From NCBI GenBank assembly GCA_964597275.1, contig CAZQXS010000002.1, positions 191 through 64,190 on the forward strand: 64,000 bases of DNA. The letters run 5' to 3'. Source of the stretch: an uncultured Pseudomonadota bacterium (GTDB lineage Bacteria > SAR324 > NAC60-12). Position 1 is the stretch's first letter, and each line of letters opens with the position of its first letter. The notes below the pieces were generated by a model. The model was not told the origin of the DNA. It worked only from the letters and a program-made list of their open reading frames with translations, and did not search any database. The position numbers and the translations under genes are program-made. This document shows positions 1-8,414 of this stretch, in pieces.

Positions 1-1046
1 GAGGCTTCCGACAGAAACGGCGGGGTCTTTTCTTTCTTGAGGCGGCGCAGGATCGCTGTGGCTTCGCCCTCCTTCTCGTAAAACCCGATCCGGAGCCGAT
101 ACTGCGGCTGTCCCGATTCCGAGTCCATGCGTGCCGAAAGGTACGACGCATCCACCTTTCCGGCAAGCGCGGCCACGTCCTTGAGCGCCGCCGCCAAATC
201 CGCATAGAGCGGCAGCGTCAGCACCCACGGCTTGTTGAGCGGCTTGCGCAGGTCGAGCAGTTCCTTGGAAAGCTCCTGTGAACTCGGACGCACCGGCCAG
301 AAACTTTCCGGAAACAGCTTTTCTGCCCGGAAATGCTCCAGAATCTCCTGCCCTTGGGTGCGGGCCTCGTCTGGATTCTTGAAGAAGCCCACGCGCACCC
401 GGAACCAGTGGGTGCCCTTGTAGGCGTTTTCGGTGCGGTGCAGGTAGGCGTAGTGCCCTTCGCGTTGAAGCCGACGCATCAGTTCCACCGCCTTGGCGAA
501 CTCCCGTTCCGGGAGCGAGACCATCTGCACGGCGTACTTGCCCCGATTCTTGCGTGAAAGGATGTCGCGCATAGCGTCCACCTCGGAGCGGAACTGCACC
601 TTGAGCCGCTCATCATGCTCGACCAGCAACCAATCCCGCGATGCCTCCACCCACTGTGTGGAGTCGAACTTGGTGCGGTTCTGCACCAGTACGGTGTGCC
701 AACTGCCCTCCGTCACCTCGGCGTCTTCCGAAGCCACCACGGACCAGTAGGGTTCCTCGCCAATCTCCACCAACCGCGATTTCAGCTCTGACGGAATTTC
801 CACCAGCGGTTGGGCCTCGACCGCCGGAGCCTGCCCGTCTTGAGCCGCTTCGGCCACCGCCTCTTGCAACTCCTGCGACATCCCCTCGGAGTTGGGCGGG
901 AGCAGGTGCAGGGACGCCACCACGTTGGGATGGTTCACCGTCTGCTGGAGCATCACCAAGTACCCCAAAACTCCGGCAATCAGAAAATTCAGCAGCCAGA
1001 GCGTGACCGGACGCCAGATGGGCGGATGTGGGACCGTGGCACTCAT
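1..1046 (-). CDS. SPOR-domain protein, partial (3' end beyond window start); N-terminal TM anchor and two SPOR repeats
   Basis: Manual reverse-complement translation from ATG (complement of 1044-1046): MSATVPHPPIWRPVTLWLLNFLIAGVLGYLV... Contains two SPOR-like motifs (HWFRVRVGFF, YRLRIGFYEKEGEA). Not in ORF track because it runs off the window edge. The plus-strand ORFs 232-1073 are shadows of this gene. Confidence 0.5.
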   Translation of the reverse strand, partial: MSATVPHPPIWRPVTLWLLNFLIAGVLGYLVMLQQTVNHPNVVASLHLLPPNSEGMSQELQEAVAEAAQDGQAPAVEAQPLVEIPSELKSRLVEIGEEPYWSVVASEDAEVTEGSWHTVLVQNRTKFDSTQWVEASRDWLLVEHDERLKVQFRSEVDAMRDILSRKNRGKYAVQMVSLPEREFAKAVELMRRLQREGHYAYLHRTENAYKGTHWFRVRVGFFKNPDEARTQGQEILEHFRAEKLFPESFWPVRPSSQELSKELLDLRKPLNKPWVLTLPLYADLAAALKDVAALAGKVDASYLSARMDSESGQPQYRLRIGFYEKEGEATAILRRLKKEKTPPFLSEA

Positions 1047-1162
1047 GTGCGGCTCAATCGTTGGCTGAGGTGACTATTCACTTGCGATCTTGAGTCGGGT
1101 TTCCTAACGTCAACTGCTTGCCCTCATTCAGAGGAGAACACAAACTTACGCAAAATTTCAGC

Positions 1163-2398
1163 ATGCAGGTGGTCAACAACAGGCTTTGTTTCGGCGGACT
1201 GGACGCCCCAACCCTTGTGCAGGAGTTCGGCTCGCCGCTCTACGTTTACGAAGCCGAGGTGTTGCGGGAGCGGTTCCGGAGCTTTCAGGCCGCGTTTTCG
1301 CAAAACGTCCACCTCCATTATGCTATGAAAGCAAATTCCAATCCAACGCTTCTGCGGCGGCTTCAGCAGGAGGGCGCGTGGATTGACGCGGTTTCTCCGC
1401 TGGAGGTGCGGCTGGCGCTGGACGCGGGATTTGCTCCAGAGCGCATCCTGTTCACCGGCAACAACTCGACTCCGGACGAGCTTGATTACTGCATCGCAAA
1501 AGGTGTGCCCGTCAACCTTGGTTCGCTGGAATCGTTGCGACGCTACGGCGAACGGCATCCGGGCACGGAAATCTCGGTGCGCGTGAACCCCGGCATGGGG
1601 GCGGGGCACCATTCGCACTGCATCACCGGAGGCCCGGCCTCCAAGTTCGGCATCTACCATGACCGCGTGGGCACGGCGCTGGAAATCGCCTCGGAAAACC
1701 GTGTCCGCATCATCGGGGTGCATTCCCACATCGGCACGGGCATCTTTGCGCCCGAACCGATGCTGGAGGCGATGGAACTGGTGTTGCAGACTTCCCAACA
1801 ATTTCCAGAGCTGCGCTTCATTGATTTTGGCGGTGGCTACGGCATTCCCTACCGCCCCGACCAAACCCCGCTCGACCTCCCGGAGTTGGGCCGCCAGATG
1901 CAGGAGCGCTTTGCGGCGTTCTGCACGGAATATGGACGGGAGCTGACCATGAAGCTCGAACCCGGTCGCTTCATCATCGGCCCCGCAGGCACGCTGCTGG
2001 TCACAGTGACGAACTTCACGGACACGCCCAAGTACTGCTTTGTCGGCGTGGATTCCGGGTTCAACCACCTCGTGCGTCCCACGATGTACGGCTCGTATCA
2101 CCACGTTCGCAACGCCTCTCGCGTCGAGGGGCCGGAGCAGGAGGTCGTCATCGTCGGCAACATCTGCGAAAGCGGCGACGTCTTCACCCGCAGCGAGGAG
2201 GGCATGACGCGCAAAATTCCGGAGATCGCAGTGGGCGACTGCCTCGCGCTCTGCGATGCTGGAGCCTACGGCATGTCCATGAGTTCGCAGTACAACACCC
2301 GTCCGCGTCCTGCCGAAGTGCTGGTGGAACACGGACAGGCGCAGCTCATCCGCCGCCGCGAAACCTACGAGGATTTGATCGCCTCCTTCAATATCTGA
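1163..2398 (+). CDS. lysA: diaminopimelate decarboxylase
   Basis: ORF 1118..2398; PLP-dependent Orn/DAP/Arg decarboxylase family motifs (GSPLYVYEAEVL, YAMKANSN, EPGRFIIGPAG, CESGD). Start chosen at Met16 (MQVVNN...) by N-terminal alignment to LysA. Confidence 0.85.
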   Translation: MQVVNNRLCFGGLDAPTLVQEFGSPLYVYEAEVLRERFRSFQAAFSQNVHLHYAMKANSNPTLLRRLQQEGAWIDAVSPLEVRLALDAGFAPERILFTGNNSTPDELDYCIAKGVPVNLGSLESLRRYGERHPGTEISVRVNPGMGAGHHSHCITGGPASKFGIYHDRVGTALEIASENRVRIIGVHSHIGTGIFAPEPMLEAMELVLQTSQQFPELRFIDFGGGYGIPYRPDQTPLDLPELGRQMQERFAAFCTEYGRELTMKLEPGRFIIGPAGTLLVTVTNFTDTPKYCFVGVDSGFNHLVRPTMYGSYHHVRNASRVEGPEQEVVIVGNICESGDVFTRSEEGMTRKIPEIAVGDCLALCDAGAYGMSMSSQYNTRPRPAEVLVEHGQAQLIRRRETYEDLIASFNI

Positions 2399-2400
2399 CC

Positions 2401-3804
2401 ATGATCCGCACCAAAATCATCTGCACCATCGGTCCGGTTTCCGAGTCCTACGACATGCTCAAGAGCATGTCAGGCGCAGGCATGAACGTCGCCCGACTCA
2501 ACATGTCCCACGGCGACCACGCCTGGCACCAGAAGGTCATCCGGCACATCAAGACGCTCAACCGCCAAATCCCCACGCCCATTGCGATTTTGCTCGACAC
2601 GCAGGGTCCGGAAATCCGCACCGGCTCGATCTCGGAAGACCTCGACCTTAAGCAGGGCGAGTTCATCACCATCAACGTGCGGGGCGAGAGCGATGTCGAA
2701 ACCACCTCGATCCATGTGGATTACGACGACCTCATCCGCACCGTGAACCCCGGCGACAAGATCACGGTGGACAACGGCCTCATCAACCTGGAGGTGCTGG
2801 AGAAGCACGACCGCGAGATGCGCTGTCAGGTGCTGGACGGCGGGGTGCTGAAGAGCAAGCGGCACGTCAACCTGCCCGGAGTGCGCATCAACCTGCCCGC
2901 GATCACGCAGAAGGATCGGCGCGACATCCTCTTTGGGCTGGAGAACGATGTGGACTTCATCGCCCTTTCCTTTGTGCGCGAGGCCAACGACATCCGGCAG
3001 CTCAGGGAACTGATGGACAAGAAGGTCGGCAAGATCAAGATCGTCGCCAAGATCGAGGATCAGGAAGGAGTGGCCAACTTGGAGCAGATCATCGAGGAAT
3101 CCGATGGCGTGATGGTGGCGCGGGGCGACCTTGGCGTGGAAATCCCGGTCCACACCGTGCCGTCCGTGCAGCGAGAAATCGTGCGCAAGTGCGCCGAGCG
3201 CGGACGCCGCGTGATCGTCGCCACCCACCTGCTCGAATCCATGATCAGCAACCCCATCCCCACCCGCGCCGAGGTCACGGACGTGGCCAACGCCGTCTAT
3301 GAGGAAGCCGATGCGGTGATGCTTTCCGGAGAAACCACGGTGGGCAAGTACCCGCTGCGCTGCATTGACCAACTCGTCAACATCGCCCGCACGATTGAGC
3401 AAAAACCCGGACTTCGCTTCGTCGAAAACCTGCGCTCCGATTCCGACAAGCAATCGCTCTCGAACGCCGCAGTCGCTCTGGCGGAATCGCTGGGAGTGCG
3501 CGGCCTTGTCGTGATCACTCGGCGCGGCGTGATGGCCGAGTACGTCAGCAACTGCCGTCCCACGAACAGCCTCATCTACGCCTTCACCAACGTCAGCCAA
3601 GCCCGCCGCACGATGATGCTCTGTCGGGGCTTGCGCTCCTATCGCATCAACTTCAGCGAGGATCCGGAAAAAACCCTGCAAACCGCCTTCATCGCGCTCA
3701 AGGAACGCGAGGGCTTCCAGTCCGGGGAAAAGGTCGTGGTGATCTCCGACGTGCTGGCCGGCTCCGGCAAGATTGACGCGATCCAGATCCGCCAGCTTCC
3801 CTGA
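2401..3804 (+). CDS. pyk: pyruvate kinase
   Basis: MIRTKIICTIGPVSESYDMLKSM...NVARLNMSHGDH: canonical pyruvate kinase N-terminus and barrel; 467 aa. 2-bp spacing after lysA. Confidence 0.9.
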   Translation: MIRTKIICTIGPVSESYDMLKSMSGAGMNVARLNMSHGDHAWHQKVIRHIKTLNRQIPTPIAILLDTQGPEIRTGSISEDLDLKQGEFITINVRGESDVETTSIHVDYDDLIRTVNPGDKITVDNGLINLEVLEKHDREMRCQVLDGGVLKSKRHVNLPGVRINLPAITQKDRRDILFGLENDVDFIALSFVREANDIRQLRELMDKKVGKIKIVAKIEDQEGVANLEQIIEESDGVMVARGDLGVEIPVHTVPSVQREIVRKCAERGRRVIVATHLLESMISNPIPTRAEVTDVANAVYEEADAVMLSGETTVGKYPLRCIDQLVNIARTIEQKPGLRFVENLRSDSDKQSLSNAAVALAESLGVRGLVVITRRGVMAEYVSNCRPTNSLIYAFTNVSQARRTMMLCRGLRSYRINFSEDPEKTLQTAFIALKEREGFQSGEKVVVISDVLAGSGKIDAIQIRQLP

Positions 3805-3805
3805 G

Positions 3806-5272
3806 ATGCCCCAAGTCGTGATGCTTCAGGGCACTGGCTCTGGAGTCGGGAAAAGCCTGCTCGCCGCCGGACTTTGCCGCTGGCTGGCGAACCGGGACTT
3901 CCGAGTGCTGCCCTTCAAGGCGCAGAACATGGCACTCAACTCCGGGGTCACGCCCGACGGCAAGGAAATCGGACGGGCGCAGGTGCTGCAAGCCGAGGCG
4001 TGCCGCGTAGCGCCGGACGTGCGCATGAACCCCGTGCTGCTCAAACCACAGGGGCCGGGCGTGTCGCAGTTGGTGCGCATGGGCGAAGCCATCCGGGTGT
4101 GTTCTGCACGGGAATACTACACGCTCGCCGAAGAGAATTTCCGGGTGGTGCAAAAGGCGTTTGCCTCGCTGAAAACGGAGGCGGACTGGCTCATCCTCGA
4201 AGGCGCGGGCAGTCCGGCGGAGATCAACCTGCAAGCCACCGACATCGTCAACATGCGCATGGCGGAACACGCGCAAGCCCGCGTGATCGTCGTGGGCGAC
4301 ATTGACCGGGGTGGTGTGTTCGCGTGGCTCAAGGGCACCTACGACCTCGTGCAGGACCGTCACCGCCCGCTCATTCAGGGCTTCCTCATCAATAAGTTCC
4401 GGGGAGACGTTTCCCTGCTCCAGCCCGGAATCCAGCAGTTTGGCGAACACGTCCCGGTTCCCGTGTTGGGCGTGATCCCGTGGCGCGAGTTTGCGCTGGA
4501 GGACGAGGATTCGCAGAATTTGCGTTCGCATCTCGTTCCGGGCGCACGTTTGGAAATCGCGGTGGTCCGCACCCCGTACCTCTCCAACTTCACCGACTTC
4601 GATCCACTCAAGCAGATTCCCGGCGTTTCCGTGCGTTTCACGCGCAATCCGGACGACCTCGCCTCGGCGCGCCTCATCCTCCTGCCCGGCAGCAAGAACA
4701 CCGTGCACGATCTGCGCTTCCTCCACGAATCGGGACTTTCCGACGAACTGCGAAGATTGCACGGGCGCACTTGGATCGCCGGAGTTTGCGGTGGCTACCA
4801 GATGCTCGGCACCGCAGTGGACGATCCCGACGGCATCGAAGACGGCGGTTCTCTTCCCGGACTCGGCCTCCTCAACTTGCAAACCCGCATGGCTCCCGAA
4901 AAAACGTTGGTGCGGCGCGAATACTCCGGGACGGGTTGGCTCAATGGTCTCCGCTGGCCGGCCTACGAAATCCACCACGGACGCACCGAGTTCACTGCTT
5001 CTGCAAGCCCCTCCGCCGCACCTTTTGTCGCAGATGCCCCGGACCTTGGCGTGATTGACTTCAAGAACCGCGTTCTGGGCACCTACCTCCACGGCTTTTT
5101 CGATACTCCGGAAATCGTCCGGCAAGTGCTGTCGCTGCTCACGCCGGAATCCTTCGAGCTACCTCCCGCCTTCCACGACCTCAAGGAGCGCGAACTGGAC
5201 GAACTCGCCGAGTTCCTTGACGAACACTGTGACGTGCCCCGCCTGCTCGGCATGAGTGCCTCTGGAGGGTGA
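3806..5272 (+). CDS. cobQ: cobyric acid synthase (CobQ/CbiP)
   Basis: MPQVVMLQGTGSGVGKSLLAAGLCRWL...PFKAQNMALNS: CobQ N-terminal ATP-binding domain plus C-terminal glutamine amidotransferase domain. Start taken at Met12 of ORF 3773..5272 so it does not overlap pyk. Confidence 0.85.
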   Translation: MPQVVMLQGTGSGVGKSLLAAGLCRWLANRDFRVLPFKAQNMALNSGVTPDGKEIGRAQVLQAEACRVAPDVRMNPVLLKPQGPGVSQLVRMGEAIRVCSAREYYTLAEENFRVVQKAFASLKTEADWLILEGAGSPAEINLQATDIVNMRMAEHAQARVIVVGDIDRGGVFAWLKGTYDLVQDRHRPLIQGFLINKFRGDVSLLQPGIQQFGEHVPVPVLGVIPWREFALEDEDSQNLRSHLVPGARLEIAVVRTPYLSNFTDFDPLKQIPGVSVRFTRNPDDLASARLILLPGSKNTVHDLRFLHESGLSDELRRLHGRTWIAGVCGGYQMLGTAVDDPDGIEDGGSLPGLGLLNLQTRMAPEKTLVRREYSGTGWLNGLRWPAYEIHHGRTEFTASASPSAAPFVADAPDLGVIDFKNRVLGTYLHGFFDTPEIVRQVLSLLTPESFELPPAFHDLKERELDELAEFLDEHCDVPRLLGMSASGG

Positions 5273-5294
5273 GGTGGACCGCGCCACCTTTCAC

Positions 5295-5591
5295 ATGATC
5301 CTGCATTTCGCGGTGCCGCTCGCTTTTGCGCTCGGAGGCTTCCGGGAACGCTGGCGCACGGCGTTTCTGGTGATAATGGCCACGATGGCGGTGGACCTCG
5401 ATCACTTGCTCGCCGATCCGCTCTACGATCCCTTCCGCTGCAGCATCAACTTCCATCCGCTGCACTCCGACCCCGCCATCGGAGTCTATGCCTTGCTCCT
5501 CGTGTTCCCGCTCACGCGCCTGCCCGCCCTCGGATTGCTCATCCACATGTCCCTCGACGGACTCGACTGCATCTGGATGGGCTTGGGGTGA
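5295..5591 (+). CDS. small polytopic membrane protein (hypothetical; possible YdjM-like membrane-bound hydrolase family)
   Basis: ORF 5256..5591; hydrophobic segments and a DLDHLL His/Asp motif. Start ambiguous (GTG at 5256 or ATG at 5295). Confidence 0.35.
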   Translation: MILHFAVPLAFALGGFRERWRTAFLVIMATMAVDLDHLLADPLYDPFRCSINFHPLHSDPAIGVYALLLVFPLTRLPALGLLIHMSLDGLDCIWMGLG

Positions 5592-5719
5592 GTCGGGTTT
5601 TCGCTCGATTATTGCATTCGCTTTGTGTTCAACTGAACAAAAGCACTCAACAGTGCTTCGTCCTGTGTTCACTGGAACTTCTGCGTTGTGCGGGAGCCAC
5701 TTTTTTCAGAGAGGTTGCC

Positions 5720-6781
5720 ATGCTTGCAAACGACGAGATTTCCTCCGGAGAATCCGAAGGCGCGTTCAACGAGTTCATCGAGGAGCAGCTCGAACACCTC
5801 GTGGACAACATCATCAGCGAGGGCGAAATCTCCGGGGCCGGAGAGCGCGGCAGCGAGGTCATCGTTGAGATTGATGACATTGTCGCCCCCACCTTCTCCT
5901 ACGGCGACGATGGCGAGGAGGGCGGTTCCGGAGGGCAGGGGCCGGGACGCGACGGCGGCAAGCTGCGCTTCAGCGTCCCCTTCGACTTCCTCATGGAGCG
6001 CATCGCCCGCACCCTCAAGCTCCCCAACCTCAAAAAGGAGGGCAAGGGGCGCATCAAGGAAATCTCCCACGAGTTCAAGACCTTCGCCCCCGTCGGCTCC
6101 GTGCTGGACAAGAAGCGCACCTTCAAGCGGGTGCTGCGCACCAGCATCGGCATGGAACTCTACGCCCCGGAACAAAACCGCTACGACCTCCAGTTCCGGC
6201 GACGCGACAAACGCTACAAGGTGCCGGAGCGCGTGGAGCGTCCCAAGTTCAAGGCCGTCGTCTTCTACATGGGCGACATCTCCTACTCCACCTACGGCGA
6301 ACGCCTGCGCTTGGAAAAGCGGCTGGTTGGTTTCATCCAGAACTGGATTGATTTCAACTACGGAGCCAAGAGCGTCGAACACCGCTTCTTTGTCCACGAT
6401 GCCGAAGCCTATGAAGTGGAAGAGGAAAACTTCTACCGCGTCGGCAACGCCGGAGGCACCCTCGCCTCGCCGGTCTATCGGCTCGTTCACCAAATCGCCA
6501 CCAACGAGTACGACCCCGGAACCACCAACTTCTACGCCTTCTACTTCGGCGACGGCGAGCTGTTTGACGAGGACGCCAAGGAAATCGTCGGGTTGCTCGA
6601 AGAGCAGATGCGCCCGATCTTCAACCGCATCGGCATCGTCGAGGTCCAGCCCGGACGCCTGAGCCTGCTCAACCGCCAAGTCGCCACGCAGTTCCACCGC
6701 GATGCCGTGATCCGGCTGGGCGAGTTGAATGACCGCCTCGAAACCATCGAGGTGATCAAGACCCTCTTCACGGAGCGCTGA
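5720..6781 (+). CDS. yeaH: YeaH/YhbH family protein (DUF444, vWA-like)
   Basis: Aligns by eye to E. coli YeaH: acidic N-terminus, Gly-rich stretch (GGSGGQGPGRDGG), LPNLKKEG, C-terminal vWA-like region. Start at MLANDEISSGE (Met45 of ORF 5588..6781). Confidence 0.8.
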   Translation: MLANDEISSGESEGAFNEFIEEQLEHLVDNIISEGEISGAGERGSEVIVEIDDIVAPTFSYGDDGEEGGSGGQGPGRDGGKLRFSVPFDFLMERIARTLKLPNLKKEGKGRIKEISHEFKTFAPVGSVLDKKRTFKRVLRTSIGMELYAPEQNRYDLQFRRRDKRYKVPERVERPKFKAVVFYMGDISYSTYGERLRLEKRLVGFIQNWIDFNYGAKSVEHRFFVHDAEAYEVEEENFYRVGNAGGTLASPVYRLVHQIATNEYDPGTTNFYAFYFGDGELFDEDAKEIVGLLEEQMRPIFNRIGIVEVQPGRLSLLNRQVATQFHRDAVIRLGELNDRLETIEVIKTLFTER

Positions 6782-6782
6782 G

Positions 6783-8405
6783 ATGCGCAGCATTCGCACC
6801 GACTCCGCCCTTCACGCACTGGAACAGCGGGTGGTCCATCACGCCAGTGAGTTTGGCCGCACGCTTCCGGAGATGCGCTTTTTCATCCTCGACAGCATGG
6901 AGTTCATGTCACTGCTGGAAAAGGGGGTGTACCCGACCAGCCCGGTCAACATCTGGGAGGGCAAGCGCATGGTCAGCCGCAAGCATCGCGTGGAGACGGG
7001 ACAGGAGTCCGCGATTTACTACGAGGTGGTGCAGACGGGCAATCCCTCCTACGCCTACCTCAACCACACCAACTCGCCAATGATGCAGGCCTCCGTGATG
7101 GCGCATGTCGTGGGGCACTGCGAGTTTTCGGAACTGAACGTGCTTCAGGATTCCACGCAGGACCGCACCGAGTTTGTGATGCACCTGTCCAAAAAGGTGG
7201 ACCTTGCGCGCCAGCAAATGGGCGAGGTGCATTACTCGCAGTACTGGAACGCCTGCGAGTCGCTGCTGCCCCTGATCGCTCCGCACTCGCAGTTCAACCT
7301 CGCCCGCTCCATCGAGACCGACTCGCCCGCGCTCCAGCAGGAAACCGACACCGCCGTTTCCGAATCCCGTGCAATTCCGCCGTTCACGCCAATCTCCGAA
7401 ACGCTGGACAGCCTGCTGCACCCCACCAACCCGGAAGAAGCGTGGCAGCAGGAGTTGCAGACGAAGCTGCGGCAGGAAACCATCAGCCGCAAGGGCTACA
7501 AGCTGCGGGCACCCTGTCAGGACATCTTCGGCTTCCTTCGCGCTCATGCGCCCACCAGCACGGCTGAACGCACCCTGCTGGACTACCTCTACACGGTTCA
7601 CTCCACCCACGATTTCATCCTCCGCACCCAGATCATGAACGAGGGCTGGGCGATGTATTGGGAGAAGAAGATCATGCTGGAACTCTTCAAGGAGCGGGCG
7701 GTGACGGGTATCATTGACTACGCCCGCGTCTTCTCCGGAGTCTGCTTCCCCCGACCCTACTTCGCCCGCAATCCCTACCACCTCGGCTTCCACCTCTGGA
7801 ATCATGTGGAGGAACTGTTTCAGGACGGCAAGGTTTCGCTGGAATACGTCGAGGAAACCGACCAACACGCCAAGGAGACCTGGAAGCGTGAGCCGCGCAA
7901 AAACCCGGTGCGGCACATGGAAGACCTCATCCGCAGCACCACGGATTACGAGTTCCTGCGGCGCTTCCTGACCCCGGAACTCGCGCATGAATTGCACCTC
8001 AACCGCCTTCACAAATCCGAGGCCCAACGGCTGCGGATTCCCCCGGACAGCATCGTCAAAGACGAAGGACCGTGGGTGTGGATGGACCCGGAGCCGATCA
8101 AGGAGGAGATGCTCAACTTCTTCACCCACTTCGCCCGGCCCCGCGTGTACATCATTGACACCGACTTTCAGGATGGCGGCCTGCTGCTCTACCACCGCGA
8201 CGACGGGCGGCGGCTCCGCAAGGACTGGATCAAGCCGACCCTCAAGAACCTCAACATGCTCTGGAAAGGTCCGGTGTACCTGATCTCCCGGAACTGGCTC
8301 TACTCGTTCTCCGCCAACCTTTTCAAGGAAACCGTGGTCACGGAACTGCGCTTCGAGAAAATCCTGGAGCGTGTTCAAAACTCGGAGAAGCCGTTCAAGA
8401 TGTAA
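6783..8405 (+). CDS. spoVR: SpoVR/YcgB family protein
   Basis: 540 aa; conserved SpoVR motifs (MAHVVGHCEF, NEGWAMYWEKKIM). Starts 2 bp after the yeaH stop. Confidence 0.8.
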   Translation: MRSIRTDSALHALEQRVVHHASEFGRTLPEMRFFILDSMEFMSLLEKGVYPTSPVNIWEGKRMVSRKHRVETGQESAIYYEVVQTGNPSYAYLNHTNSPMMQASVMAHVVGHCEFSELNVLQDSTQDRTEFVMHLSKKVDLARQQMGEVHYSQYWNACESLLPLIAPHSQFNLARSIETDSPALQQETDTAVSESRAIPPFTPISETLDSLLHPTNPEEAWQQELQTKLRQETISRKGYKLRAPCQDIFGFLRAHAPTSTAERTLLDYLYTVHSTHDFILRTQIMNEGWAMYWEKKIMLELFKERAVTGIIDYARVFSGVCFPRPYFARNPYHLGFHLWNHVEELFQDGKVSLEYVEETDQHAKETWKREPRKNPVRHMEDLIRSTTDYEFLRRFLTPELAHELHLNRLHKSEAQRLRIPPDSIVKDEGPWVWMDPEPIKEEMLNFFTHFARPRVYIIDTDFQDGGLLLYHRDDGRRLRKDWIKPTLKNLNMLWKGPVYLISRNWLYSFSANLFKETVVTELRFEKILERVQNSEKPFKM

Positions 8406-8414
8406 GGAGGCCTC

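Noticed and set aside
232-1073. Five overlapping plus-strand ORFs (63-121 aa) at the window start
   Set aside because: These are low-complexity Pro/Arg/Ser-rich translations. The region is better explained by a minus-strand SPOR-domain gene running off the window edge.
1124-2332. Long antisense ORFs opposite lysA (1124..2332), pyk (2470..3681), cobQ (3698..5125), yeaH (5669..6799), spoVR/prkA (6909..8879), mttB (17243..18385), aminotransferase/TMADH-like (18573..20183, 20193..21668), ALDH (40253..42007), URC1/thyX (47606..49534), metG (57741..59990), tonB (59998..61059)
   Set aside because: These are typical stop-codon-poor shadow frames of a high-GC genome. All lack recognisable domains, whereas the opposite-strand ORFs have clear family signatures and operon-consistent boundaries.
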